From NCBI GenBank assembly GCA_963842085.1, contig CAWJET010000002.1, positions 1,248,001 through 1,312,000 on the forward strand: a DNA stretch of 64,000 bases, in the 5' to 3' direction. Each line of letters opens with the position of its first letter. Positions within the stretch are counted from its first letter, which is position 1. Under the pieces are notes generated by a model that was given only the letters and a program-made list of their open reading frames with translations, searched no databases and had not been told where the DNA came from. This document shows positions 42,194 through 52,680 of this stretch, piece after piece. Made by a program: the position numbers and the translations under genes. This DNA is from an uncultured delta proteobacterium (GTDB lineage: Bacteria > Desulfobacterota > Binatia > Binatales > Binataceae).

Positions 42194-42571
42194 TCACTTG
42201 TTTGCTTTCGGCCCTGGTCGCGTGAGGAGAGTTCTGAACTGACGAATGTTGGCGCGCTGAAGGTCGTTAAGACGCTCCAGCAACGCCACGCCGCGACCTA
42301 ACAACTGGTCATCACGCTTCGCTGCTCGGTTTTTTTCTCCGACGTTGCCTGATTGCTCGTAAAGCATCTGAATTTGGTTCCACAGGTCGTCAGTCATTTT
42401 CAATCTCGCTCTGATTTCATCGGCCTCAGAGCGAAATATCGTCACCGTCTCACCTGCTCGCCGTTTTCGCTCCCACTCGGCCATTACCTCTCGGAACTCT
42501 CGTGCGCGGACGACGAATTTCGCTGCCGCACCGAAGACTTTACGGCGATCCATGACGGGAAAGAATCTCAT
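42194..42571 (-). CDS. Hypothetical helical protein
   Basis: 125-aa ORF with coiled-coil-like composition. Confidence 0.4.
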   Translation of the reverse strand: MRFFPVMDRRKVFGAAAKFVVRAREFREVMAEWERKRRAGETVTIFRSEADEIRARLKMTDDLWNQIQMLYEQSGNVGEKNRAAKRDDQLLGRGVALLERLNDLQRANIRQFRTLLTRPGPKANK

Positions 42572-44025
42572 CGTATTTCCCGTATGTCCAGTGCAAGACC
42601 TTCTGCGCGGGAGCGTTTACTTATTATAGATCAGTACATTCGGCATAGAGCTACGCCTTTTTCTCCCGGAGCGACACGGGCGCTATTTCATTTCGTTTGT
42701 CGCAAATCTCAAGCTCGCGAGCCCACAAGCGGGCGATGGGTTTGGGTCGACCGCGCTGAGATCCAAGACCGGCGCTTCGACCCTCGATCGAAAAACGGTG
42801 CAATCCCAACGCACCTGCCTATCGTCAGGCGCGGTCGTGAGCGAGCGGAATTAGGATAGCGCAGGTCGCGAAGGGGCGGCCAAAAACATAACTGCCGATT
42901 CGTTCGCTTGACGCAAGGCGCGGCTCAGGCAGGAGGTCTCATCGAACTCCGTTTTGTCAATTCCACCGAAGCCGCGATTTGTCGAGTGAAAGGAGCATGC
43001 TCGCTGACGCTATTCCTCCAGCGACCGCTGCGAAGTAACCCGCTTCGGATCAGCTTTGACGTTGGCCCAGCGCCGGCTAAGGGCTACGGTACCTTTCGGA
43101 GCTCCGGGCGGCGCGTTTTGCACGCCCGAGAAGATCGAGTCTACGATCGGCCAAGGATCTTCATTTTCACCGAGAACGTCGGCCAGGGCGATCGCGAATA
43201 GTGTTCCATTGAATCCCTTGTGAAGCGCCGGGGAGCGTCACTCCGAGTCCCGGGGCGGGACCCTGAAGGCGCCAAAGGCGACCGAGCCGTTCGTCAATCC
43301 AGCTGATATAGCTGGCCCATGGCCCCTCAAGCTTCGATCCGATCCTTTCCAGCGCGTGCCGCGAGGCAGCTAAAACAGCTGCAGCGACGCCATGGGAACT
43401 GGTATTCTGGAGGCTCATATGGCAACGGTATCGAATGTGGTGTTTCTCAAACCTGTCGTTTATATGGACCCAGCCCCGAGCGAAAGGCAATTGTCTGGGA
43501 GGGTGAAGCGGTTGCGGCCATATATTCGGCCTCTTTAAGGAGCTTCGTTTTACGCTCCGGGCCTTGATCGAAATCCGCGCGCGCTCCCTCCTGGGACGCG
43601 GCGCGCTCAGCTGGCGAGAAGGCGCTCCCAAAGAAAACGGAGCTGAGAAAAGCCAAGCCTGCACGACCGCTCCGGAAAAAGATGGGGATTAAGCAGAAAT
43701 CTTTTATCCACAGATCGGTTGATTTTTTCACCAAAAGAGAGCCTTCAGAACTTCGCACTCGATCTTCCGTGGTGTATGATCGTTGCTCAGATGACGAAAA
43801 AAGAAGCGAGTGGTGTTCCGCTCGCCTTACACTTGCGAGTCGAATCAGTATCTGTAAGGCATTTCTTTATATGGAACCTCGCCTTCCTCCCTCAGTTACA
43901 TTTGACGCCGTTATGCTGCTGCCCGACAAATTCCGTGGCCGTAATTGAAGAGTGCTGGCCACCCTAGTCGGGAATCCATGACCGTCATTCAGCCGTCCGC
44001 CCCACTGAGCTGTTGGAGGGTCAAA

Positions 44026-45534
44026 ATGGGAAGGTTGTCGCAGATTAGCTCTGGAGCCAGATTCGGCGTGATCGTTGTGCTGGGACTGACCTCGGCATTT
44101 GTGGTTCTAGCCGTAGCTAGCTGTGAAGCGTATTGGACTATGAGAGGTCTCGTCGGCAGCAGCGATCGAGTAAGCCATTCTCGCCTGATAATCGATCGCC
44201 TCGAACATCTTAGACTCGCGCTCAATGACGCAGAAACCCGGGAGCGCGATTACCTGATAAATGGCGATCAGGACAACCTGGAACTCTATCAGGCTGTAAG
44301 AGGCGGGATAGGTGAGGAAATTCACCAATTGGCGACACTTCTGACCCGCGACGATGTCGGTCAGCAGCAGCGCCTTAGTAATCTCAAGCCTTTGATTGAC
44401 GCGAGATTGACTTCTCTCGATAACTCGGTTGCAGTTCGGCAACAAGTCGGTGTTCAATCCGCGATGGAGATGGTTCGGTCAAGTAGTAGGCGCTCTGTCA
44501 TGGACGATATTCGCCGTCGCATAGACGACATGCTTGATGAAGAGAATCTTCTGGTGTCTGATTATAGGCTGAACCAAAAACTAACCACGAAGCCTGCCAT
44601 TCATCTTGCTGTGGGCGGAGGCGTCGCTGGGTTCGTATTATTGTTCGTTACGCTCTTCTACACATTCCGAGGATTCAAGTTACTACGAACCAGGCTTGTG
44701 GATTTGTCGCACAGCGATACACTTGCGCAAACGCAATGCCGACTCATGGAGGCGGTTCTTGAAAATATAGATGAAGGCGTAGTCATTTTGGATCGGGATA
44801 TGAAGGTCGTTCAGTCGAATGCTGCAGCCGAGAAACTTCTGCAGGTGAGCAGATCACAGGTGTTGGAGAAATTGACAGCCGAAATCGAGCCGTCTTTGGC
44901 TGGAGACGGACTGAGGCTCGCTCTCGGGCGTCTGCCCGGCACGCTCTCCGACGGCGGTGATCTCGAAACAACGCAGCCAGGCATCAGCAGGTTCGATGCG
45001 CGGGACCGCCTGGCTATTGCGGCAACCACCAGAGTGATTCGAGACGAAGTAGGGACACTGCAAGGTGGGGTGTTGCTCTTCAGGGATGATAAGGCCCGCA
45101 CGCGCATGGAGCGCCAACTCAAAGCGAAAGAGACTAGTCTTATTGAGCTTTTTGATCACGGGCTAGAGGCAGCCTGCATTGCCAGTTTGGAGGATGCGCT
45201 CTGTATGAGGGTGAACGAGAGATTCCTACGACTATTTGGTTATTCACGCGGCGAGATTTTAGGCCAGACAATTGAGGATGCGAATTTCTGCGCTAGCCCT
45301 GCTGGATTGAGAGAAGCTCTGGAACGGGTACGAATCACGGGAGCCGTATACGACCAGCTGCTTCGTTTTTGCACAAAAGCCGGACGGACGTTTGAAGCCA
45401 GGCTCTCCGCTCTGCCGGTCGAAGTTGGTGGAAAAGCCTGCATTATGTTTGCTCTTCAGAACATCACTTGGCCGAAGCTCGAATGGCGGAGTAGCCGATC
45501 CAGTTGGTTGCTCCGTCGTCTGGTGCAAAGCTGA
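44026..45534 (+). CDS. CHASE3 plus two PAS domains, no output domain
   Basis: TM, VSHS...L.DAET.ERDYLI.G...LE.Y (CHASE3), TM, VLENIDEGVVILD (PAS), VNERFLRLFGYSRGEILG (PAS); GGAGG RBS. Confidence 0.85.
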   Translation: MGRLSQISSGARFGVIVVLGLTSAFVVLAVASCEAYWTMRGLVGSSDRVSHSRLIIDRLEHLRLALNDAETRERDYLINGDQDNLELYQAVRGGIGEEIHQLATLLTRDDVGQQQRLSNLKPLIDARLTSLDNSVAVRQQVGVQSAMEMVRSSSRRSVMDDIRRRIDDMLDEENLLVSDYRLNQKLTTKPAIHLAVGGGVAGFVLLFVTLFYTFRGFKLLRTRLVDLSHSDTLAQTQCRLMEAVLENIDEGVVILDRDMKVVQSNAAAEKLLQVSRSQVLEKLTAEIEPSLAGDGLRLALGRLPGTLSDGGDLETTQPGISRFDARDRLAIAATTRVIRDEVGTLQGGVLLFRDDKARTRMERQLKAKETSLIELFDHGLEAACIASLEDALCMRVNERFLRLFGYSRGEILGQTIEDANFCASPAGLREALERVRITGAVYDQLLRFCTKAGRTFEARLSALPVEVGGKACIMFALQNITWPKLEWRSSRSSWLLRRLVQS

Positions 45535-46330
45535 GAAACCTAATCTCCGCAACGTCTCGATCCACAGATCTGTTTCAGCTTCGTTACTGTTCATTTGCCG
45601 AATACGCATCCGTCGACTTGAGCGCTGACCGCACCAGGGGAATGACGGCCATCTCCGGCCGGCAGGATCGTCCCCGGCCTTTCCACCGAGAGCTGTATTC
45701 GGCCCTTTCCGTAAGGGTCCACGATCTCAATTCGTTTCGCTCTGATATCTTGGGCGAACCGCGCGCAGATTGAGCCCGCTATCCCACTTACTGCCGCTGC
45801 CAACAATAGAGGCCAGATGTCCATGTGCTTGAGACCCGTCGCGCGGATATTAGCATCAGTCGAGCCTTGGGAAAGAGGCTGACAACGGGCTCTGGGGGCC
45901 CGCCCCGGTCGTAAATTTTTTTTTCTTGATCGCGCGGCATCTGGTATCGCTGCGGACCCTCGATGGGGGTTGCCCCTTCAACGGCAGTCGGAAACCCTCG
46001 ATTGGGGCCAGCCGGCAGGGTGCCGGGGTGCCATCTTCGGTGCCAAATCGCGATGACGTCCGCCGGTATCGCTCAGTGTTAATCGCTCGCTCGCGCACGA
46101 TCCAGCGTCTCGCGTTTGTTGCTCCGCCCGAACCTTACCGATGTCCGGAAGTTTTTCCGGCAGCGATTCTGCGAAGCCTGAGATCCGAGGCTGCACCCAA
46201 GTGGCTTTGTTTTGTAAATTTCAATAGGTCAGCCCGATTGCCTTCCGCCGTTTGGTGATTTCGGTCGGTTTTGCCGTTGAGAGCGATCTTGCTGAAACGG
46301 CAGTTAAATCGATAATCTATTGATAAACAA

Positions 46331-46968
46331 TTGAAGCGTGCGAAAAACAACGGCAAGCCACTTTTGAGCGTGAGGGAGATCGCCTTCATCGATGGCATCA
46401 CTTCCCGCGGGCTGACCGCGCTGACCGCGGCTAAACAAGCAGGTTACAGGTCTCCACAAAATGCTTCGTCCGTCTGATGCGTGCGCCGCTAGTGAGCGCT
46501 GAGATTGAACGGCGGCGGACGATGCTGCAGGAACGCGGTGATGTCGATTTACTTCGCGTTCAGAAATGGACCTGGTTTGCGGCAACTTTCGATATCAGCG
46601 GCATCTTCAAACCCGGAACGTTCGAAATTCTACCGCTGAAGCAATGGCCGGACCGGCGGCTCACTCAACTGGTTGAATCGATCAAGACCACCAAGAGAAA
46701 GGACGGCACGGTGATGGTGCGCGAAGTCAAGTTCTCGCCCCGGTCGCCGCATCTGAATAGATTGCTGAAGATTCTGGGCGTGCCGAAAAAAGTCCCGACG
46801 ATTCAACAACCTAGGCCCACCCTGCAAAGCGTGATTGACGCACTGACGGCGGACAACGAGCGAGTCAAAAGGGCCGACCGGGCTTCAATCGACGGCAGGT
46901 TGAGCGTCGACGCTGCGACGGGTGAGATTAAAGTCAGCCCGGGTTCGAGCTCTCGCACCAAAGCCTGA
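46331..46968 (+). pseudogene. Phage terminase small subunit, frameshift near 46470
   Basis: LSVREIAFID.....TA..AAKQAGY.SP.NAS | LMR.PLV.AEIERRR...A.FDISGIF....LPL..WP...EVKF..R...L..L.KILG. Confidence 0.7.
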
Positions 46969-47269
46969 GCCGCTCTTCTCAGTTCCACGGCCAAGGACAA
47001 CAGCATGCGGCGGCGCGTTGTGCCTTGCGTGCGCTTGGCCGGGGAGATTCTGAAGCAAAAGACTTGGGCTGGGCCCGGGGGCGGTCCACGAGGTTCCTCA
47101 AGAAGGTGCCGTCGTCGGCGAAAATTGTGCGGCGAGATCGGGAAGATGGTCAATTTCGCGTGGGCGAAGTTCAGAGCCGTTGGTTGAGTCCAGCGCTCGA
47201 GTAATTGAAGGTCGCCGACGCGATGCAACTTTTCGGAAACCTCCGTCATCACCGTCTGCGGCAGTCGGC

Positions 47270-47753
47270 CGAGTAGGCGGCTGGCCGGCGATACCGCGCG
47301 TGAAGCGACCAGCGACGAGGTCAAAGGGTTGCGGGCGGAGAGCCAGCAACTCAAGGAACTGTTGGCCGAGCTGATGATGGAGAACCGCCTGCTCAAAAAA
47401 AGCGTGCTGGCGGATTGGGAGTCCGATACATGAGGCACGCCGCGGACGAGAAGCTGGAGATCATCCGGCTGGTCGAGCTGTCGTCGCTGCCGGTGCGGCG
47501 CACCCTGGACCAGGCACAACTCGGCCACGCTGTCTTCGCCGCGCAGACCCGCGATCACGATCCTGACCTTGTCCTCTGCCGAGAAGTGCCGCCGCGTCGC
47601 CCGCCTTATATCGCGTACCGCCTTCTCCGCCGCTTCCGACTGCGCATCGATTTTCGATCCCATCTCTCCGCTCCTTCCGCGGTTAAAGATGAGCCAAAAA
47701 CCCTCTCTTACTCAATCGCCTTAAACTGTCCAACTTGTGCTGACGGGGGAACA
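47270..47753. mobile_element. Rearranged IS3-family remnant (left end on -, orfA/orfB junction on +)
   Basis: Minus strand: IR plus DIRRATRRHFSAEDKVRIVIAGLRGEDSVAELC. Plus strand: RLAGDTAREATSDEV...ENRLLKKS with A7G slippery site, then EKLEIIRLVELSSLPVRRTL. Confidence 0.85.
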
Positions 47754-47874
47754 CGCGCCGATCCTTTCTTTTATTAATTTAGGACTATTTTATTTGATTC
47801 TATTTGATTTAAATCTTTTTGAATTGACAATCAGATGCTTTCGTTGTATCTAATTTTTCTACGGAGGAGCTGTA

Positions 47875-48063
47875 ATGAGAAAGTTTCCCAGGTGGATTTG
47901 GACCGTTGCAGCTGGTGCTGTCTTCGCGGTTGGCTTCCAAGGAGTCGCGGGTGCAGTTTCCCCAGTTGCTGCTCCGGAGCTCGATCCAGGAACCGTCGCC
48001 AGTGGCTTGGCGCTTCTGGTTGGTGGTTCTTTGATCGCGCTTGAACGCTACCGTTCGCGCTAG
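47875..48063 (+). CDS. Small secreted protein with APELDP (VPEID-CTERM-like) sorting tail
   Basis: GGAGG RBS; signal peptide, then APELDPG, a TM segment and ERYRSR basic end. Confidence 0.7.
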   Translation: MRKFPRWIWTVAAGAVFAVGFQGVAGAVSPVAAPELDPGTVASGLALLVGGSLIALERYRSR

Positions 48064-48398
48064 TCGGCCGGCGCCGCCCATGGCTTCGGCCCCGTCGCCG
48101 CGAGCCTCTCGACTTCCGCATATGCTTGTTCAGTGTCTTGATATCGACACGCGCGCGGGCGAGCGCTGCGCCGCGCCCAGGTGCCGCCAGCCTGCGGCTC
48201 ATCGCGTCACGATCACGGACGACTATGGCGATCTGAGCGCCAAATTTTTCCTGTGCCACGACTCTCTCGACGAGGTGATGGGCGCACTCGAACTGGTCGA
48301 GCACGTGCTGAACGCCAACAAGCGCCAAAATTTCAACTCGGCGGGTTCCCAGCGCACGGCTTGAAGGGGGGAAACCCCACCGAGCATAGTTCAGGAGC

Positions 48399-48760
48399 TT
48401 AGCGTCCTATCCCACGATACGTGCACCAGCCGCAATCAGGCGATGGCTCCGGCGCAAACGGTCGGTCGAGCATCGTAACCAGCTCGAACACGAACTCTAG
48501 GTACGCACCATCGTCGCGTGCAATTTCGACCCAGTTGACAAGGCCGATAAGCGAACCGCTGCCTGGTTGCTCGTTGCTGAATGAGGCAGGCTCGAAGACG
48601 ATCAACCCGAGCCGTTCGATCCGGCTCAGCGATGGCGACCCCAGCTTCGCCTGTTCAAGAGCGTAAGCGTAGCTGTGAAGCTGACGACCATACTTGACGA
48701 GGTTGGGGTCCCTCACCTTCGACATCTTGATGTCCGGCACGGCATATCCGCCACCCTCAA
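48399..48760 (-). pseudogene. PD-(D/E)XK (RecB/Cas4-like) nuclease C-terminal fragment
   Basis: GYAVPDIK, YGRQLHSYAYALE (Q..Y motif), P.PS.DCGWC.YR. Confidence 0.7.
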
Positions 48761-49121
48761 GGGCGACCACCCGCAAAGCGAAATTTGTCGTCTATTTGTC
48801 GTCGCTGGAATCGAAAACGCCGGCCAGCGCGCAGCGGCTCAAGGTGCTGCGAGCGGTGGAGAGCCTGCTGCCGCAAGGGGATGACGCCCGCCAAGAGGCT
48901 TATGCGCGCGGGTATCAGAACGGCGCCGCCGATGAGCGGCGTAAGGAATAGACGAAGCCCCCGGAAAAAAAGATTGAACTCTCCGAGATCGCGTCGCGCC
49001 TAGAAGAACTTCCCCTTGGCACCCGGCCGGTGGGTGAAATCATCCCTCGCGTCTGATATCTACAGTCGCTAGCCACAAAACCGCCGACGCAGTTCCGGCA
49101 ACCTTTTGCGAGGAGGATCCA

Positions 49122-49337
49122 ATGGACCTCGAGAAAATACTGACGGACCTGAAGCGCGAACGAGACAGATTAATTCATGCCATCGCCTTGCTGTCCGGCG
49201 ACTCAGCGGTCCCCGGAAAGACCGGAAAGCGGGCAATGAAGGGCAAGAGGCGTGGCGGCATCACGCCTGCGGGCAGAAGGCGGCTGTCATTGGCTATGAA
49301 GAGACGGTGGGCAGAGCGCAGAAAGAAGGCTTCGTAG
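49122..49337 (+). CDS. Small basic coiled-coil protein
   Basis: GAGGAGG RBS; MDLEKILTDLKRERDRL..AIALL...KRRGGITPAGRRRLSLAMKRRWAERRK. Confidence 0.8.
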   Translation: MDLEKILTDLKRERDRLIHAIALLSGDSAVPGKTGKRAMKGKRRGGITPAGRRRLSLAMKRRWAERRKKAS

Positions 49338-49449
49338 AAGAACTGCCGCAACGACGCTGCGCTGACGGACCGAGATAAAGCATTCGCCATCGAGGAATGC
49401 GTTAGGACTTCCGCTCGTCGCTGAGAGAGCGGACACTCCCGTCAAGCCG

Positions 49450-49863
49450 CTAGCGCGGCGTGAGCAACACCACGGGGATGTCGCGTTTCGTTCCGGCCTG
49501 GTACTTGTCATAGTCGGGCCACTGCGCTGTCATGATCGGCCACACGCGCTTCTTTTCTTCGGCCGTGGCAGTCCGCGCCCGGACCGGAATCACTTTGTCC
49601 CACACCTGGATCTTCACATCGGGGTGGGTGAGCAGGTTCTTGTACCACCCAGGATCGTCGGGCGCGCCACCTTTCGAAGCGACAACCAGATAGTTGTTGC
49701 CGTCGCGCCCGTAGATCAGCGGGAACTTTTTCGTCTCGCCAGATTTCCGCCCGATCGTGTGCAGCACCAGACAACTGGTGTTGTTCCAATCGTGGCCAAT
49801 CTTACCGCCGGTCGCCTCGTACCGGCGGACGTGCTCGTCTCCGAACAAGCTGTAGTCAGGCAT
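49450..49863 (-). CDS. Deazaflavin (F420)-dependent nitroreductase family protein (Ddn-like)
   Basis: LVLHTIGRKSG, YLVVASKGGAP.DPGWYKNL, WPDY.KYQ..T.RDIPVVLL. Confidence 0.92.
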   Translation of the reverse strand: MPDYSLFGDEHVRRYEATGGKIGHDWNNTSCLVLHTIGRKSGETKKFPLIYGRDGNNYLVVASKGGAPDDPGWYKNLLTHPDVKIQVWDKVIPVRARTATAEEKKRVWPIMTAQWPDYDKYQAGTKRDIPVVLLTPR

Positions 49864-50163
49864 GGGCGTAGACTGCCACGTTGGCAGCCCTCTGGCCAAC
49901 CTGTCTGTGGCGAATTGCTAATTTTGGCAGAAACCACCTCCGAAACGCAGTCTTGTGAATCGCTCACTTACCGCTAAAGTTCGCTTCCGTGCGAGATATG
50001 TTCATCTTGACCGCCCATCTGCTGCACCGCCGCCACCTTGAATAAAGCGGGCCAAGGCCATCGTCGGAATGACGTTCCTCTATCAACGTGAGCAACAGGT
50101 CGCCAACGCAACCCTTCACGGCATTCCTTCTGAGATCCCTCCTACATCACGCGTCGCGCTTAA

Positions 50164-51117
50164 TCACGGTGCACTGGCGGCAGAGAGAACATCAAGCTGT
50201 CGTTTACCGAGCCCCAACCGTCCGACGTTGATAATGTCGTTCAGCTGCGCGACGCTTCGTACGCCAATGATCGGAGCGACAATGCCAGATTGGGCGACCA
50301 GCCATGCAAGGGCAACCTCGGCCTGTGTGGCGTTCTGTTCCTCCGCGACCTCTTCCAAAGCGGTGAGGATGCGCAGACCGCGATCGTTCACGTAGCGCTG
50401 CTTCACCATTTCCTCCCACTTGCTCTGAGAATTGTCCACGCCGGGCCGATATTTGCCAGTCAGGAAACCCTTAGCCAGCGCGCTGTAACAGATCACTCCA
50501 ACATCGTTCTTGACGCATATATCCTGCACAGCGGTTTCGAAATCGGCGCGGTCACAAAGATTGTAACGCGGCTGCAGACTGTTGTAGCGGCACACACCCT
50601 TGTCCTGGCTGACCCTCAAAGCCTCCGACAGTCGCCGGGCATCGTAGTGGGACGCGCCGATCGCGCGCACCTTGCCGGATTTGATCAACCGATCATAAGC
50701 CTCCAGGGTCTCGTCCAGCGGCGTTCGGGCATCATCCACGTGCGACTGGTAAAGATCGATATAATCGGTCTGCAGCCGCTTCAGCGATCCTTCGACCGCT
50801 TTGACGATGTATGATGCCGAAAGCCCCTCGCCCCAGTTGGGCATCTGCGCGCCAACCTTTGTCGCCACAACCACCCGTTCACGTCTGCCGCGCGCCTTCA
50901 GCCAGTCGCCAATGACCGTCTCGGATTCCCCACCCACATGACCGGGAACCCAACAGGAATAAACGTCAGCCGTATCGATGGCATTGTATCCGGCCTCCAC
51001 AAAAGCATCGAGGATGGCGAATGACGTCTGGGGATCCGCCGACCAACCAAAGGTATTCGTGCCGAGCACGAGAGGCGCTATCTTCAGATCAGATCGACCA
51101 ATCTTGCGCTGTTGCAT
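50164..51117 (-). CDS. Aldo/keto reductase
   Basis: LVLGTNTFG, IDTADVY, VVATKVG, SLKRLQTDYIDLYQSH, QPRYNL, YSALAKGFLTGKY. Confidence 0.93.
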   Translation of the reverse strand: MQQRKIGRSDLKIAPLVLGTNTFGWSADPQTSFAILDAFVEAGYNAIDTADVYSCWVPGHVGGESETVIGDWLKARGRRERVVVATKVGAQMPNWGEGLSASYIVKAVEGSLKRLQTDYIDLYQSHVDDARTPLDETLEAYDRLIKSGKVRAIGASHYDARRLSEALRVSQDKGVCRYNSLQPRYNLCDRADFETAVQDICVKNDVGVICYSALAKGFLTGKYRPGVDNSQSKWEEMVKQRYVNDRGLRILTALEEVAEEQNATQAEVALAWLVAQSGIVAPIIGVRSVAQLNDIINVGRLGLGKRQLDVLSAASAP

Positions 51118-51134
51118 ATGTTTGTCCTTCATTT

Positions 51135-51180
51135 CGCGATAGTTGAAGACCTTCAGCGAGCGGAACGTGCCCTTGGCCAT
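51135..51180 (-). pseudogene. MFS transporter N-terminal stub
   Basis: MAKGTFRSLKVFNYR resembles MFS (DUF894-type) starts; runs in frame into the AKR leader. Confidence 0.45.
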
Positions 51181-51184
51181 GCCG

Positions 51185-51514
51185 TCACGAGCCCGTCGGC
51201 GAATTGCCGCCGTGGAACCGCCCGAACGAGCGCGCGGCCATCACACCGATGAGCAGAACGCCCACACCCACGGCGATGACGTGATCCCCGGCGCGCACAT
51301 CGAAGCTTCCCACACGAGCGATGAGAAGGTAGGCGACGACGAAGTTCGCAAATCCCCAGAGCACGTTCACGGTCGAGGACGAAAGACCCTTGCCCGGCGG
51401 TTTGGCGAACGGGCTCTGAAAGGGCCGCCCCATCATGCCGCTGACGAAATGCGGAACGGCGTTTGCGAGAAAAGCGCCGCCGAACAGATAGGCTGCGTCG
51501 TGAAGCCAATCCAT
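51185..51514 (-). CDS. Hypothetical membrane protein
   Basis: FGGAFLANAVPHFVSG..GRPFQSPFAKPPG.GLSS.TVNVLWG; three hydrophobic segments. Confidence 0.8.
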   Translation of the reverse strand: MDWLHDAAYLFGGAFLANAVPHFVSGMMGRPFQSPFAKPPGKGLSSSTVNVLWGFANFVVAYLLIARVGSFDVRAGDHVIAVGVGVLLIGVMAARSFGRFHGGNSPTGS

Positions 51515-51516
51515 GG

Positions 51517-52074
51517 TCAGGCGCTCTTATCCAGAAGATCGATGATCTCCTGCGTCGTGCCGGTCTCGCCGATCCCCGGGAAAATCCGTGTGATGCTGTA
51601 GGCGTGGGCGCCGGCGTGCAAGTCGATGGCATCGGTCGCGAGCGTCACGTTGAAGCCGAGCTCATAGGCCTGGCGCGCGGTGACCCCGACGCCGTTGCTG
51701 GTGGCGACGCCGACGATCACGACCTGCGTGACGCCCAACGTCCTCAAATGGGCTTCAAGATCCGTGTTAGTGAATGCGCCCGGCGTGTGCTTTGTGACGA
51801 CATGGTCTTGCGGCTGCCGGTTCAGCTGGAGGATGAGATCGGTCCAGCCGGCCGGAAATTCTCGATGGCGGCGCGGCTGCTCCGTCCGGCCCGGCGCACC
51901 GCCGGCGACGTTGACCAGCACGACCGGCAGGCCATGTCCGCGGAAGGCGTCCGTCAGCGCCCCGACGTGCTTCGCCAGACCGGCCATCGGATGCACGGTC
52001 GGAAGTGAAACGATCCCTTTCTGAAGATCGATGACAATGAGCGCGGACTTCGGGTCGAGGATGGTCACGGTCAC
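51517..52074 (-). CDS. Isochorismatase-family hydrolase
   Basis: ALIVIDLQKG, VVTK...GAF..TDL...LR, GVATS.GV..TARQA; AGGAG RBS before GTG. Confidence 0.9.
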   Translation of the reverse strand: MTVTILDPKSALIVIDLQKGIVSLPTVHPMAGLAKHVGALTDAFRGHGLPVVLVNVAGGAPGRTEQPRRHREFPAGWTDLILQLNRQPQDHVVTKHTPGAFTNTDLEAHLRTLGVTQVVIVGVATSNGVGVTARQAYELGFNVTLATDAIDLHAGAHAYSITRIFPGIGETGTTQEIIDLLDKSA

Positions 52075-52157
52075 GGCGTTCTCCTTTCTGAATGTTCTGG
52101 ATGGCGGTGAAGCCGCGCGTTCCATCTCGTGCGTCGAGCGCCCCCAAGGCAGATCGC

Positions 52158-52436
52158 CTAGGAATCGGCTTGGCCCAAGCGCTTGATCAGGGCGACCGCG
52201 GACATCAGCGTCTGTTGTTCGGCGAGATCGAGCTTGGCCATGGCGGCCAAAAGCCATTTCTGCTTCGCGGCGCTGCGCTTCCGTCTCGCCTCGACGCCTT
52301 CGTCCGTCAGGGCGAACAAGACCTGGCGACCGTCCGTCGGATGAGGGCGACGCTCGACCAGTCCCTCCCGCTCCAGCTCTGCGAGCGTGGCGCCCATCGA
52401 CTGCGGCTTCACCGACTCCGCGCGCGCGAGGCCCAC
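52158..52436 (-). pseudogene. MarR regulator, 5' truncated
   Basis: LARAESVKPQSMGATLAELEREGLVERRPHPTDGRQV..LT..G; N-terminal helices absent. Confidence 0.8.
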
Positions 52437-52450
52437 TGGGCTTGTAACCT

Positions 52451-52577
52451 CTAGCAGGTTGCGGAAAAACTCAATGAAAGACGATTTCGGCGAAGAGTAA
52501 GCATTACTACGATCACGAGAATGCGTCTTGGATCAATGTCATCAGGAGTCAAAAACCCTTTTTCCGCAACCTGCTAG
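52451..52577. mobile_element. 127-bp MITE with 19-bp perfect terminal inverted repeats
   Basis: ctagcaggttgcggaaaaa ... tttttccgcaacctgctag, non-coding interior. Confidence 0.8.
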
Positions 52578-52680
52578 GCCGCAGGTTCAAACTGGTGTTC
52601 GCCAAGGCGTTGAGATCCTTCCCCCGCAACCACGCCACATTCGCGCCGCATCTCAAGGTCAAGCGCAAGGAGCACAATCG

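Noticed and set aside
46803-47663. 286-aa ORF as a single transposase
   Set aside because: Chimeric read-through of an IS3 stub, inverted IS sequence and unrelated DNA
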